A stretch of DNA of 32,000 nt from Ignicoccus hospitalis KIN4/I (GTDB taxonomy: Archaea > Thermoproteota > Thermoprotei_A > Sulfolobales > Ignicoccaceae), in contig NC_009776.1 of assembly GCF_000017945.1 (NCBI RefSeq), forward strand, positions 60,001 through 92,000, written 5' to 3'. Under the pieces are notes generated by a model. That model was not told the DNA's origin and searched no databases. It worked only from the letters and a program-made list of their open reading frames with translations. Of this stretch, positions 14,402 to 23,093 are shown piece after piece. A program made the translations under genes and the position numbers. Numbering within the stretch: the stretch's first letter is position 1; each line of letters opens with the position of its first letter.

Positions 14402-15472
14402 TTGTTGTACGCGCGCTACCCCTTCGTTGGCAGCGTATCCAAGCTTTCTAAGAGGATGTTTGGCGTCGAGATGGACGTAGAGGAACTGCTTGACCTATAT
14501 CCAAATGCCATTGATTTAGCTAAAGCGATGGTAGAGGGGAGGGGTCCAGCCGAAGACGCCGGTTGTGACGACTTGTGTGCGGTCTTGGCTTACAGAATAG
14601 CCTTAGTCCTCGTAGCGGCTGCCAGAAGCAATTGGTTGAGGAACAACTTTGCAGTAAACGTAGCCAAGCGTGCGAGCGAGTTCTTTAAGAAAGAGGGCAT
14701 AGAGACCGTCGTAGGGGTGTTGAAGGCCTGCGGCTTCTGGGCGGAAGTCTTGAGGGAACCCTTGAGGGTGCCCTTGAGGCAACAGAGGGGAGCGGTCTAC
14801 GCCGAGGAGTACTTGGTGAGGACGACACTAATGGATTACGTCAGGTTGGCCAAGAGGTTCCTCAGCGACCCCACTTGGAAGGTGGTTAACAAGGCCTTGT
14901 TAGGAGGCTTCGTCTACTTAAAGGAGGAGGAGCTGCGGAGGCTTGCAGAAGAAGCGGTCGTAATTAAAGTTCTCGAAGACTTGAGGGAACTCGGCGACGT
15001 CGACCCCCAAGCCTTGCCAGAGAGGTTCAAAGGGGTGCTGGAGGAGCTCAAAACGAAATACATGGCGAAGAGAAGTAGCGCGGATATCAAGATAAAGGGG
15101 TTCGAGCCGAGGGCGCTTCCTCCGTGCGTCCGTTCGATTTACGAGAGGGCCCTCCAAGGGGATAACCTCTCGCATCAAGAGAGGTTCACACTAGCTACGT
15201 TCTTATTGAACGTAGGTAAGGACGTAGAAGACGTATTGGAAGTTTTCAAGAACATGCCCGATTACAACGAGCGCATAGCGCGTTACCAAGTGGAGCACTT
15301 GGCGGGCCTCAGAGGCTCACATAAGAAATATTCTCCACCTTCGTGTAAGACTTTAGTCTCGTGGGGACTGTGCCCAGGAAAAGACGAGTGTAAGGGCGAT
15401 CACCCGTTGAAGGAGTACTGGAGGAGGCTCCGCAGGCTCACCAAGGCTCCCTCTCGGGAACCACGACCTTAA
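14402..15472 (+). CDS. priL: DNA primase large subunit PriL
   Basis: 356 aa. The C-terminal Fe-S domain pattern is PPCVRSIYERALQGDNLSHQERFTLATFLLNVG...YQVEHLAG..G..KKYSPPSCKTLVSWGLCPG, carrying the four Cys ligands. Confidence 0.88.
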   Translation: MLYARYPFVGSVSKLSKRMFGVEMDVEELLDLYPNAIDLAKAMVEGRGPAEDAGCDDLCAVLAYRIALVLVAAARSNWLRNNFAVNVAKRASEFFKKEGIETVVGVLKACGFWAEVLREPLRVPLRQQRGAVYAEEYLVRTTLMDYVRLAKRFLSDPTWKVVNKALLGGFVYLKEEELRRLAEEAVVIKVLEDLRELGDVDPQALPERFKGVLEELKTKYMAKRSSADIKIKGFEPRALPPCVRSIYERALQGDNLSHQERFTLATFLLNVGKDVEDVLEVFKNMPDYNERIARYQVEHLAGLRGSHKKYSPPSCKTLVSWGLCPGKDECKGDHPLKEYWRRLRRLTKAPSREPRP

Positions 15473-16121
15473 CCCCCAAGGCCTCGGCCAACTCCTTGAA
15501 CCTCAGAGCATCATCTATCGAACCCACTATAGTTCCCCAATGCATGGGTATTGCTACTTGCACTCCCTTTATTATCTTCAAGGCCTCCGCCGCCTCTTCG
15601 GCGGTCATGACGTACACGCCCGAGACGGGTAACATGGCGACGTCCGTCACGACCTCAGCCATCTCCGGGATAACGTCGGTGTCCCCAGCGTGGTAGAAGG
15701 TCACCCCTCCTAGCTCGAAGACGTAGCCGACCCTCCCGTCCTCCTTAGGGTGGAAGACCACGCCCGGCGCTCTGAACTTGTTCACGTTGTATGCCGGAAC
15801 CGTGCGAAACTTGACGCCTACTACTTCACCCTCTTCGAAGGGGGCCACGAATACTTTCTCGTTAGGGAAGACTGACAGACAGTCCTCAGCTATCGGCGGC
15901 GCGACTATTACGGTCTCCGGGGATATGACTTGCGCTATGTCCTTGGGCGAGCAGTGGTCGAAGTGCTCGTGGGTAATGAACAAGACGTCCGCCTTCTGGT
16001 TGCTGGCCGAAACTATTCTGAAGGGGTCTATAGCGACGGTCAGCTCGCCGTCGGTGAGCTTGAAGCCGTCGTGGCCCAGCCACGAGACCTCGACTCCTTC
16101 TATGTATATCATCGGGCTCAC
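15438..16121 (-). CDS. Metallo-beta-lactamase-fold hydrolase (UPF0173-like)
   Basis: 227 aa. It has FITHEHFDHC (the HxHxDH motif), a later FYHAGDT and IPMHW. It overlaps the priL 3' end convergently by 35 nt. Confidence 0.8.
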   Translation of the reverse strand: MSPMIYIEGVEVSWLGHDGFKLTDGELTVAIDPFRIVSASNQKADVLFITHEHFDHCSPKDIAQVISPETVIVAPPIAEDCLSVFPNEKVFVAPFEEGEVVGVKFRTVPAYNVNKFRAPGVVFHPKEDGRVGYVFELGGVTFYHAGDTDVIPEMAEVVTDVAMLPVSGVYVMTAEEAAEALKIIKGVQVAIPMHWGTIVGSIDDALRFKELAEALGVKVVVPEREPW

Positions 16122-16161
16122 TCGTTACCTAAACTTTCTGAAAAGGTAATGTATAGGGGGC

Positions 16162-16518
16162 TCACTTGGCCCCTTCCTTTGGAATTATACATATGAAGCG
16201 GAGGACCTCGTCTCCGGTGTTCTTGTAGTAGTGCTTGGAGCACGGAGGTATGTACAGAACGGTCCCGGGCCCCACTTCGTACTCTTCCCCGTTTATTCTT
16301 ACTATCCCTTTACCGTTAAGCACGAATATCTCGTGCTCCCAAGGGTGGGAGTGTTCGAATATTTCGCCTCCAGGCTCGACCTCGAAGACCCTCAAGTAGA
16401 ACGTAGGGGCCTCCCCGGGCCCTATGACCCAGCGGATAGTGGTCTTGGTGGCGACCTCACGGGGGACCTCCTTTGCTTCTACCTCATCCCACTTGACCAC
16501 CTTCGGCTTACAGACCAC
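16162..16518 (-). CDS. Cupin-domain protein
   Basis: 118 aa, GTG start. Cupin motif 1 is GGEIFEHSHPWEHEIFVLNG and motif 2 is GPGTVLYIPPCSKHYYKNTG. Confidence 0.8.
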   Translation of the reverse strand: MVCKPKVVKWDEVEAKEVPREVATKTTIRWVIGPGEAPTFYLRVFEVEPGGEIFEHSHPWEHEIFVLNGKGIVRINGEEYEVGPGTVLYIPPCSKHYYKNTGDEVLRFICIIPKEGAK

Positions 16519-16677
16519 GGCTTCCCCTTACGCTTTTACGAGCTTTGGGTTAAAGCTGGAGTTGGGCCCCGCCGTTCCCGGCGACGGCTGGGAGGCCTCG
16601 ACGCCCGCTCCAAGCGGGCGGATGGGCAACCCGCCTCCACGGCGGGGCACACGTCACTTTCGGCCCTCGCCGGCCAA

Positions 16678-16685
16678 CTATAAAC
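16678..16685 (+). promoter_or_regulatory. TATA-like box upstream of the giant NTPase gene
   Basis: The box aaCTATAAACc is centred about 37 nt upstream of ATG 16719. Confidence 0.4.
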
Positions 16686-16715
16686 CTTGGGTAAGCTACG
16701 AAGACGACGGTAACG

Positions 16716-19700
16716 GTGATGGATTGCGGGCCCCTGCCCAAGAGGGCGCCGAGCATAACGGGTAAGGACGTATCCAACTTACTTAAGGAGCTGTGGGAGG
16801 CCGGGGTCAAGATTAGAGAAGAGGTAGAGAACGTCGTAAGGTCGTTCTTGAACATGGTCGCTAACGCCGAAGAGACGGTTTCTATGTTTGTAATTGGAGA
16901 ATGGGGAGAGGGAAAGACGAGCGTATTCGATGGTTATATGAAGGCCCTAAAGCCACCGAACGTCGTATTAATGGAGACCAGCGTAAAGCGGGTAGTATCT
17001 AGCATTAGAAACATGAAGCACCAACCGGGCCAGTCCTCGGCCGCCACCTTCTTGGCTGCTCTGTTACACTCCTTAGCGATGGAGTACATGGAGAAGGGGG
17101 AGAAGCTGATAGAACCCTACGAGGGAGGCCCGGTTCACGAGTACGCGAAGAAGGCTTTGGACGAGCTGGCGAGCAAGTTCCCCGGGAAGAAGTTCGTCGT
17201 GTTCATAGACGAGTTCGAAGAAATAGTGTCGCCGTCAAACAAGGACGTCGTGAAAGAGATAATAAACGGGTTGATAGAACTAATCAACGGCCAGTTCGGA
17301 TACATGCAAGAGAAGTACCCCGGAATACTCCACCTAGTAATTGCTATGACTCCTTACGCCTATCACAAGGCATTGAGTTTAGCGGACATAGACGAGAGCT
17401 TGAAAGGGAGGGCCGAGAGGAGGCTCCACTTTAAGCTGGAGCTTAGGTCCCTCACGAGGAGCGAGGCCTACAAGCTGGTGGGCTCTCTGTTCAAGTATTC
17501 CTACGGGGAGGAGTTCTCGCCGGTCCCCCCTCAGTTCGTCAACACGATATATACGGCCTCTCAAGGGAACCCGGGCGCCCTAACGAGCTTGACGAACTTC
17601 GTCATGAGCTCGTTAGTTAAGGACGGTTGTACGGTCCCTTCTAAGAACCCTGAGGAGCTCGTCTCGATACTGTCCGGCGCCACCGTCTTCACCTACGTGG
17701 GCTCGAGCAAAGCCTTGGACAAGTTGTACTACGAGAAGGCGCTCTTACCCCTAACTTACGGTGAGGAGGACAAGAGGAAGGTCTTGGCCGCTCTAGCGGC
17801 CTACTACTACCCGCTCTCCGAACGGGAGTTAGACGAGCTCAGCGGCGTCAAGGGCGCCAAGGAAGCTCTGGAAGTGCTGGACCAGAGGGCGTCCTTGAGC
17901 TCAGAGCCCTTGGTTTCGACCGTCTGGAGGACTTCCGACTACCAGAAGGCCTTTAACGTGTTCCGCACTACCTTGAAGAGTTTGATCCCGGACATAGACG
18001 ACGACACTTTGAAGATGTTGGTAGAAGAGCTCACTTACCCCAAGGGCCTCTGGAGCGAGGAGTACTACTTAGTCCTCCCCGGCGAGGGTGAGGAGTCGGT
18101 CTTAGAGGACGTCTTATCCAAGGAAAAGGCTGTAGTCGACGCGAGGAAGTTGGTTAACTTCCTCAAGCGGAAGATGGAAGAAGAGGGGGTAACTTTCGAG
18201 AAGGCGTATATGTTGTCTCGAAAGCACGCCTTGAACCTCTACCCGCCCCCCGCCGTGGCCGCGGCCTCTTTCATAAAGGACCCCCAGCTCAGGGCGAAGG
18301 CTTGGAAGGAGGCGTTAAATGCTCTAATTAAAGGAGATATAAACTTAGATAAGGTTTTCGCCGAGGTGATAATAAATTCGTTCAAGGGTACGATAGTTGG
18401 TAGGCTGGTGAACGTCGCCCTAGGCGACGTGCAGCTCAGGATATACCCCAAGGTTATCCTTTCCTTGGATAGTAAGGCTTTGGAGGAAGTGGCGAAAGAG
18501 GCCAAGAGGGACGGCGCACACCTGATGATAATACTCACTAAGCCGGAGTTGTACGAGACGATAAAGGACAAGGCCTCTCTGCTCCCAGTGGACGCCGTAG
18601 TTTTGGAAGCCAGGGAGGCCAAGCTAGTGCAAATGGCTGTCTACGAGCTCTACGCGAGGAAGCCGGAGAGGAGGGCCTTCGTGGACGCGGAGAAGGCGGC
18701 GCTGACGCTGAAGCAGATAGGTGACGAGATAGGCGTCCCGAAGGCTATAGAGAAGTGGATAGATAAGGCCCGCCAAGAGGGCGTAATAGTGGAGGACTTC
18801 AAGAGGCCCTCCGGGGCCAGCGAGGAGGCCATCTCGGACGCTTATGCTTTCTACTTGGCCTATCCGAAGGACGTGCTCACCACCGAGGACGTGTTTGAAC
18901 ACGTAATCAAAACTGTCAGAAGGTTCATAATTTACGGAAGGGGCTCCAGGAGGAAGGCTCCGTTCTCTTCTGGCTTAGACATTGAGAACGTGAGGGGATT
19001 GAAGAGGTTCGAGGAGGACTTGGTAAGTGCGGGGCTGTTGGAAAGGTTAGAGGACAACAAGCTGAGGATCACAATAAGCAAGGTGGAAGAGAGGCTCTTA
19101 AAGCTGTTGAAGGAGAAGGGAGGCAAGGCGGCTTGGAGGGAGCTCGAAAAAGAATTCATAGTGGTTTCGCATAACAAGAGAATACTCTCGGATTTCTACT
19201 TGAAGATATTAGAGAGGAGGGGGTTAGTGAGGGTAGATAGGAGGGGGAACGACCCCTACTTCGTCAGCTTAGTAAACACCAAATCCTTAGTGGAGGAGTT
19301 GGAGAACTGGTTGGAAAAGATAAACGAAATATGGAGCTCTAACGGCGAGGCGTGGAAGAGCTACGCCCACATAGTCGTCTCGAAGAAAAAGGAAGACAAT
19401 GTCATAGTGTTGGACGAAATCAAAGATTACGTGACTAAGGGAGTGGTCTCATTGAGGTCTGAGGCCTCCAAAGCGACCGTCGCCAGGAGGGCGGCCTTCC
19501 TCATATCCCTCTCCCGCTACCTCGTGGAGACGTTATACCCCGTCACCCACAAGGCGTGGACCGAGGCCAACGACCTAATGGACTCGACTAGCAGCTCGGT
19601 GACGTCGACGATATCCAAGATAAGGAGCGTCTTGAGCAAGGCGTCCGGGGAGGTGGGCGTTCCGGTATTGGACGCAGAAGAAATGAAAGAAAGTGTAATG

Positions 19701-20897
19701 ATAAAGAAAATGTTACGCAAGATGGACGAGTTAGCGGACAAGTACTTCACGCGAGAGGAGTTGGAGAAGCTCGTGGCCGAGATGAGGAAAGAAGGCGTCT
19801 TGCCGGACAAGTTCTATTTCGAGCGCTTCTACGACCCGCGCGAGTGGAAGAAGGCCTCGTACTTCAACGTTAAGTACTACATACTCGAAAGACACGCCGA
19901 AGAGATAAAGAACGAGCTCGAAAAGATAAACATATTGATCAAGGAGATAGACAACATGATATCGCGGATGGTAGAGGGGAGGAGGAGAGTTGAGGAGAAG
20001 TTGAAGGAGCTCTCTTTGAAGAGCTATAACAGCGAGCTGGCTTCTAAGGCATACGAAGTGCTGTTGAGACAAGTTATGATGCCTAAGGAAGTCTTACCCG
20101 ACGACTTGACCGTGGACTCGCTGGAGGAGCTCCGCTCGACGCTGGACAGAGCTCTCTCCAGCGTTAGCATGACGGATCAGAAGATCCTGAGCGTAATTGT
20201 GAAGCTGGGCGAGGTGGCGAGGGAGGAGGAAGAGCTGGAAAAGGAGTTGAGGAGGCTTAAGAGTTGGTGCTCCTTCGCGTCGAAGTTCTATTCCGGCACG
20301 CCGTACTGGGACGACTTCGAGGGCCTCTGTGAGAGGTTGAACTCCTTAAGGTTGGCCTACGAGAGCGCGAGCAAGGAGGTAAGGGAGCCCGCCTCGGTAA
20401 GCGAATTGAGCGCGGTTCTGGAGGGCATCAAGGAGGAGTTGAGGAAGCTCAAGCGCGAGGCCGAGGGTTTATTGAGGGAAATGAAAGAGGTACACGAAAG
20501 GGCGATGAAGGAGCTCGAGAGGAACTTGAGCGAGCTGAAGAGGATAAGTAGGGTAGCGATCAAGCTGGGCTTGAATATAGAAGACATTAACAAAGCGCTA
20601 TCGTCTGTGGAGTTAAAGATGAAGTCCGTAAAGCCCCCCGGGGTGGTGGAGAACGTCACCTACCAAACTTTGTACGACGCGCTCGAGAAGACTAGGACGT
20701 TGTTGACGATAAAGCTGAGGACGAAGATAAGCCAGAACGAGGAGAAAGTGCTAAGCGTCTTAGAGAAGGGTAAGCTGGACTTGGTAAAGTTAATAGAGGA
20801 GTGTAAGAAATTAAAGCTCGGGGAAGAGGAGGTCGTAAAGGCGCTCGTCCAGCTCGCCGAGAAGGGGTTGGTTAGGGTCGTAGTCGAACTCTCTTAG
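16716..20897 (+). CDS. Large (1393 aa) P-loop NTPase with winged-helix-like modules and a C-terminal coiled-coil region; family unassigned
   Basis: A continuous 4.2-kb ORF (GTG 16716, ATG 16719). Walker A is GEWGEGKTS (nt 16896-16922) and Walker B is FVVFIDEFEE (nt 17193-17222). The lid is AAA+/ORC-like: RRLHFKLELRSLTRSEAYKLV...QGNPGALTSL. wHTH-like segments include KAAWRELEKEF...ILERRGLVRVDRRGNDPYFVSL and the C-terminal VKALVQLAEKGLVRVVV. The region at about aa 930-1330 is E/K/L-rich. Confidence 0.85.
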   Translation: MMDCGPLPKRAPSITGKDVSNLLKELWEAGVKIREEVENVVRSFLNMVANAEETVSMFVIGEWGEGKTSVFDGYMKALKPPNVVLMETSVKRVVSSIRNMKHQPGQSSAATFLAALLHSLAMEYMEKGEKLIEPYEGGPVHEYAKKALDELASKFPGKKFVVFIDEFEEIVSPSNKDVVKEIINGLIELINGQFGYMQEKYPGILHLVIAMTPYAYHKALSLADIDESLKGRAERRLHFKLELRSLTRSEAYKLVGSLFKYSYGEEFSPVPPQFVNTIYTASQGNPGALTSLTNFVMSSLVKDGCTVPSKNPEELVSILSGATVFTYVGSSKALDKLYYEKALLPLTYGEEDKRKVLAALAAYYYPLSERELDELSGVKGAKEALEVLDQRASLSSEPLVSTVWRTSDYQKAFNVFRTTLKSLIPDIDDDTLKMLVEELTYPKGLWSEEYYLVLPGEGEESVLEDVLSKEKAVVDARKLVNFLKRKMEEEGVTFEKAYMLSRKHALNLYPPPAVAAASFIKDPQLRAKAWKEALNALIKGDINLDKVFAEVIINSFKGTIVGRLVNVALGDVQLRIYPKVILSLDSKALEEVAKEAKRDGAHLMIILTKPELYETIKDKASLLPVDAVVLEAREAKLVQMAVYELYARKPERRAFVDAEKAALTLKQIGDEIGVPKAIEKWIDKARQEGVIVEDFKRPSGASEEAISDAYAFYLAYPKDVLTTEDVFEHVIKTVRRFIIYGRGSRRKAPFSSGLDIENVRGLKRFEEDLVSAGLLERLEDNKLRITISKVEERLLKLLKEKGGKAAWRELEKEFIVVSHNKRILSDFYLKILERRGLVRVDRRGNDPYFVSLVNTKSLVEELENWLEKINEIWSSNGEAWKSYAHIVVSKKKEDNVIVLDEIKDYVTKGVVSLRSEASKATVARRAAFLISLSRYLVETLYPVTHKAWTEANDLMDSTSSSVTSTISKIRSVLSKASGEVGVPVLDAEEMKESVMIKKMLRKMDELADKYFTREELEKLVAEMRKEGVLPDKFYFERFYDPREWKKASYFNVKYYILERHAEEIKNELEKINILIKEIDNMISRMVEGRRRVEEKLKELSLKSYNSELASKAYEVLLRQVMMPKEVLPDDLTVDSLEELRSTLDRALSSVSMTDQKILSVIVKLGEVAREEEELEKELRRLKSWCSFASKFYSGTPYWDDFEGLCERLNSLRLAYESASKEVREPASVSELSAVLEGIKEELRKLKREAEGLLREMKEVHERAMKELERNLSELKRISRVAIKLGLNIEDINKALSSVELKMKSVKPPGVVENVTYQTLYDALEKTRTLLTIKLRTKISQNEEKVLSVLEKGKLDLVKLIEECKKLKLGEEEVVKALVQLAEKGLVRVVVELS

Positions 20898-21365
20898 GAA
20901 CTCCTCCACGTCGCCGTCGAACATCTTAATTATTTCGAGAAAATGGAGCTTGGTGTATTTGTTGATTTCAACCAATACGACCCCCGCTTTGGGTTGGCCG
21001 TACAGCAGCGCCCACCCGTTCTCCGAGCTCAAGAGGGCCGGGATGGCGAGGAGGTCTTCCTCCCCCTCTACCTTTACCCAAGTTGAGGTTAGGATGGCCT
21101 TCTTCACTACCTTGGCCGCGTCCAAGCAGATCTGCCCGGGAGGGTTGAAGGCCTTCAGCACCCCGTTGGGGGCCCTCAGCTCCACCCACTGCGACCTCCT
21201 CGTCTTGCCGTCGAAGATCGCCGTTCTAGGCACTAAGCCTAGTTCTAAGCACCTTTTGGTAGTCACGTCTCCTACAGTTACCAACGTCTTTCCTCTTAAG
21301 AGAAACGGTAGGAGGCGGTCGTCCTTCACTAACGCCCCTCTGGGGGACGCCAAGAGCGTTCGCAA
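20811..21365 (-). CDS. GTP-dependent dephospho-CoA kinase (DUF359/UPF0218 family)
   Basis: The core is LASPRGALV...TLVTVGDVTTKRCLELGLVPRTAIFDGKTRR...VEGEEDLLAIPALL...ALLYGQPKAGVVLV. The conserved archaeal gene order rpoE'-spt4-DUF359 is present. I place the start at TTG 21365 (184 aa); the track's 21521 start would overlap spt4 by 142 nt. Confidence 0.75.
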   Translation of the reverse strand: MRTLLASPRGALVKDDRLLPFLLRGKTLVTVGDVTTKRCLELGLVPRTAIFDGKTRRSQWVELRAPNGVLKAFNPPGQICLDAAKVVKKAILTSTWVKVEGEEDLLAIPALLSSENGWALLYGQPKAGVVLVEINKYTKLHFLEIIKMFDGDVEEFLREFDYDPNQPLLGELDERLYDLLFPEL

Positions 21366-21379
21366 GCTCTGGGGCAGCC

Positions 21380-21592
21380 TTACTCCCTTCCCACTTCTAC
21401 AGCGTAGCGCCCCGGCTCCTTGAGGTACTCTACCTTGCCCACGAGTTCCGAGTCCGTCTTGATCAATATTATCATTCCTTCCCAGTTCTCCGTCAAGTCC
21501 GTGGAACCGCACCTCGGACACCTCGTGACCTCAGGCCTTCGGGGTACGAGGAACCTACAGTTCATACACGCCAAGAAGGGCTTCCTCTTCAT
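21380..21592 (-). CDS. spt4: Transcription elongation factor Spt4 (RpoE'')
   Basis: 70 aa. The zinc ribbon is CMNC...CPRC, followed by WEGMIILI. It overlaps rpoE' by 4 nt (ATGA). Confidence 0.9.
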   Translation of the reverse strand: MKRKPFLACMNCRFLVPRRPEVTRCPRCGSTDLTENWEGMIILIKTDSELVGKVEYLKEPGRYAVEVGRE

Positions 21593-22128
21593 TGCTTGAC
21601 CTCCTCCGCGTCCTTAATTTTACCCAAGTACGGGCCTTTCATACTCATACCCACCTTGAGGCCCCTCCTGGTCGAAATCTGTACTATCCTAGCCCTAACG
21701 AGGTCTCCCCTCTTTATGACCGTTTTCGTGCTGGTGCCTACCATGCTCCCGGTCGCGGCGTCGTACTCGAAACGCTCGTCGCCGAGCTGGGCCTTGTGCA
21801 CCATACCGTCTATGGGGCCTATGTTAACGTATATCCCGTTCTTGGTAACGTTAACTACTATGCCCTCAACTACCTCGTTCCTCAAGGGCTTGAAGGCGAG
21901 CAAAGTGAAGGTGGCCTCGTGGTAAGTGCCTCCGTCGCCCGGCACTATGTAGCCCTCGGGGGAGATGTCCACGTCAGTTACTGTCAGAATTATGCCGAGC
22001 TCCTCGTCTATCACGCCCTCGTACTCCTCCCTGAGGAGTTCGAGAGCGACCTTCTTCAAGTCCTCGCCGAACCTCTCGGGCGGTATTCTAACCATGTCTT
22101 TGAAGCGGTAGATCCTGTACAACTCCAC
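21589..22128 (-). CDS. rpoE: DNA-directed RNA polymerase subunit E' (Rpo7)
   Basis: 179 aa, GTG start. It has DMVRIPPERFGEDL, VTDVDISPEGYIVPGDGGTYHEATF and the S1 domain EVVEGIVVNVTKNGIYVNIGPIDGMVH. Confidence 0.92.
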   Translation of the reverse strand: MELYRIYRFKDMVRIPPERFGEDLKKVALELLREEYEGVIDEELGIILTVTDVDISPEGYIVPGDGGTYHEATFTLLAFKPLRNEVVEGIVVNVTKNGIYVNIGPIDGMVHKAQLGDERFEYDAATGSMVGTSTKTVIKRGDLVRARIVQISTRRGLKVGMSMKGPYLGKIKDAEEVKQ

Positions 22129-22185
22129 GCCCCGGCGGGCGTAGAAGAAAGAGCTTTTGATAGATTCGTCTCCTCAGAAGGGGCT

Positions 22186-23076
22186 TTAGAGCTTGCCCAA
22201 CTCTTTGAGCTTCTCGACCACCAAGTCCGGCACTTGGCTGGGTATATCCGCGACGGGCACGCCGGCCTCCCGGAAGGCCCTCACCTTGCTCTCCGCGGTC
22301 CCCGCCCCCATGCTTATTATCGCGCCGGCGTGACCCATCCTCTTGCCCGGCGGGGCGGTCCTCCCGGCCACGTAGGCCACTACGGGCTTCTCGATCTCTC
22401 CCCTCTTTATGGCGGCTGCGAGCCTCTCCTCCGCGTCTCCCCCTATTTCCCCTATGACTACAATTAAGTCCGTCTCGGGGTCCTTATCCATAAGCTTGAC
22501 GGCCTCTACCGTATCGAGGCCTATGATGGGGTCCCCGCCGATCCCTATAGCGGTGCTCTGGCCTATGCCCCTCTTGCTCAGCTGGTAAGCTATCTCGTAC
22601 GTCAGCGTGCCGGACCTAGATACTATTCCTACCCGTCCGGGAACGAAGTACTTCTCCGGCATTATACCTACCTTCGCCTTGCCCGGGCTTATCACTCCGG
22701 GGCAGTTGGGGCCTACCACGGTGGAGCCTTTGCTCCTCGCGTACCTTATGGCCCTCATCGAGTCGTGAACCGGTATCCCTTCGGTTATGACCACTATTAG
22801 GTCCAGCCCCGCGTCCGCGGCCTCTATTATGGCGTCGGCCGCCCCTCCGGCCGGAACGAAGATTATGGAGGTGTTTATCTCCGGGTGGTTCTCCTTAGCT
22901 TCCTTGACGGTATCGTACACCGGCACCCCCAAGACCTCTTGTCCTCCCTTCCCCGGCGTCACGCCGGCTACCACTTTGGTTCCGTACTTCATCATCTGCT
23001 CGGCGTGGAACTTGCCGTACCTCCCGGTTATACCTTGAACTACCACCCGGGTGTTCTCGTCTACCAACACGACCAC
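22186..23076 (-). CDS. sucD: Succinyl-CoA synthetase alpha subunit
   Basis: 296 aa. It has VVQGITGRYGKFH, GPNCPGVISP, SRSGTLTYE and the phosphohistidine loop MGHAGAII. Confidence 0.93.
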   Translation of the reverse strand: MVVLVDENTRVVVQGITGRYGKFHAEQMMKYGTKVVAGVTPGKGGQEVLGVPVYDTVKEAKENHPEINTSIIFVPAGGAADAIIEAADAGLDLIVVITEGIPVHDSMRAIRYARSKGSTVVGPNCPGVISPGKAKVGIMPEKYFVPGRVGIVSRSGTLTYEIAYQLSKRGIGQSTAIGIGGDPIIGLDTVEAVKLMDKDPETDLIVVIGEIGGDAEERLAAAIKRGEIEKPVVAYVAGRTAPPGKRMGHAGAIISMGAGTAESKVRAFREAGVPVADIPSQVPDLVVEKLKELGKL

Positions 23077-23093
23077 GTCCCATCACCTCCCCC

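Noticed and set aside
16566-16651. Calling the GC-rich element a bona fide H/ACA guide RNA
   Set aside because: The lower stem plus ACA fit, but I could not draw a canonical pseudouridylation pocket (5-10 nt on each side). I kept it only as a structured-element finding.
16716-20897. Interpreting the giant NTPase as part of a BREX/Pgl or other known multigene defence system
   Set aside because: No PglX-type methyltransferase, PglZ phosphatase, BrxA/B/L, helicase or nuclease gene occurs anywhere in the window, and the flanks are housekeeping genes. Only the size and architecture analogy remains.
21592-22467. A 291-aa plus-strand ORF, plus other long antisense ORFs (25249-25848 -, 23692-24264 +, 7111-7506 -, 6688-7080 -, 18239-18622 -)
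   Set aside because: Each lies opposite a confidently identified gene (rpoE'/sucD, cobA, sucC, nop5, the NTPase). Each has skewed S/A/L/R-rich composition with no recognisable motifs. GC-rich, stop-poor antisense frames are expected here.
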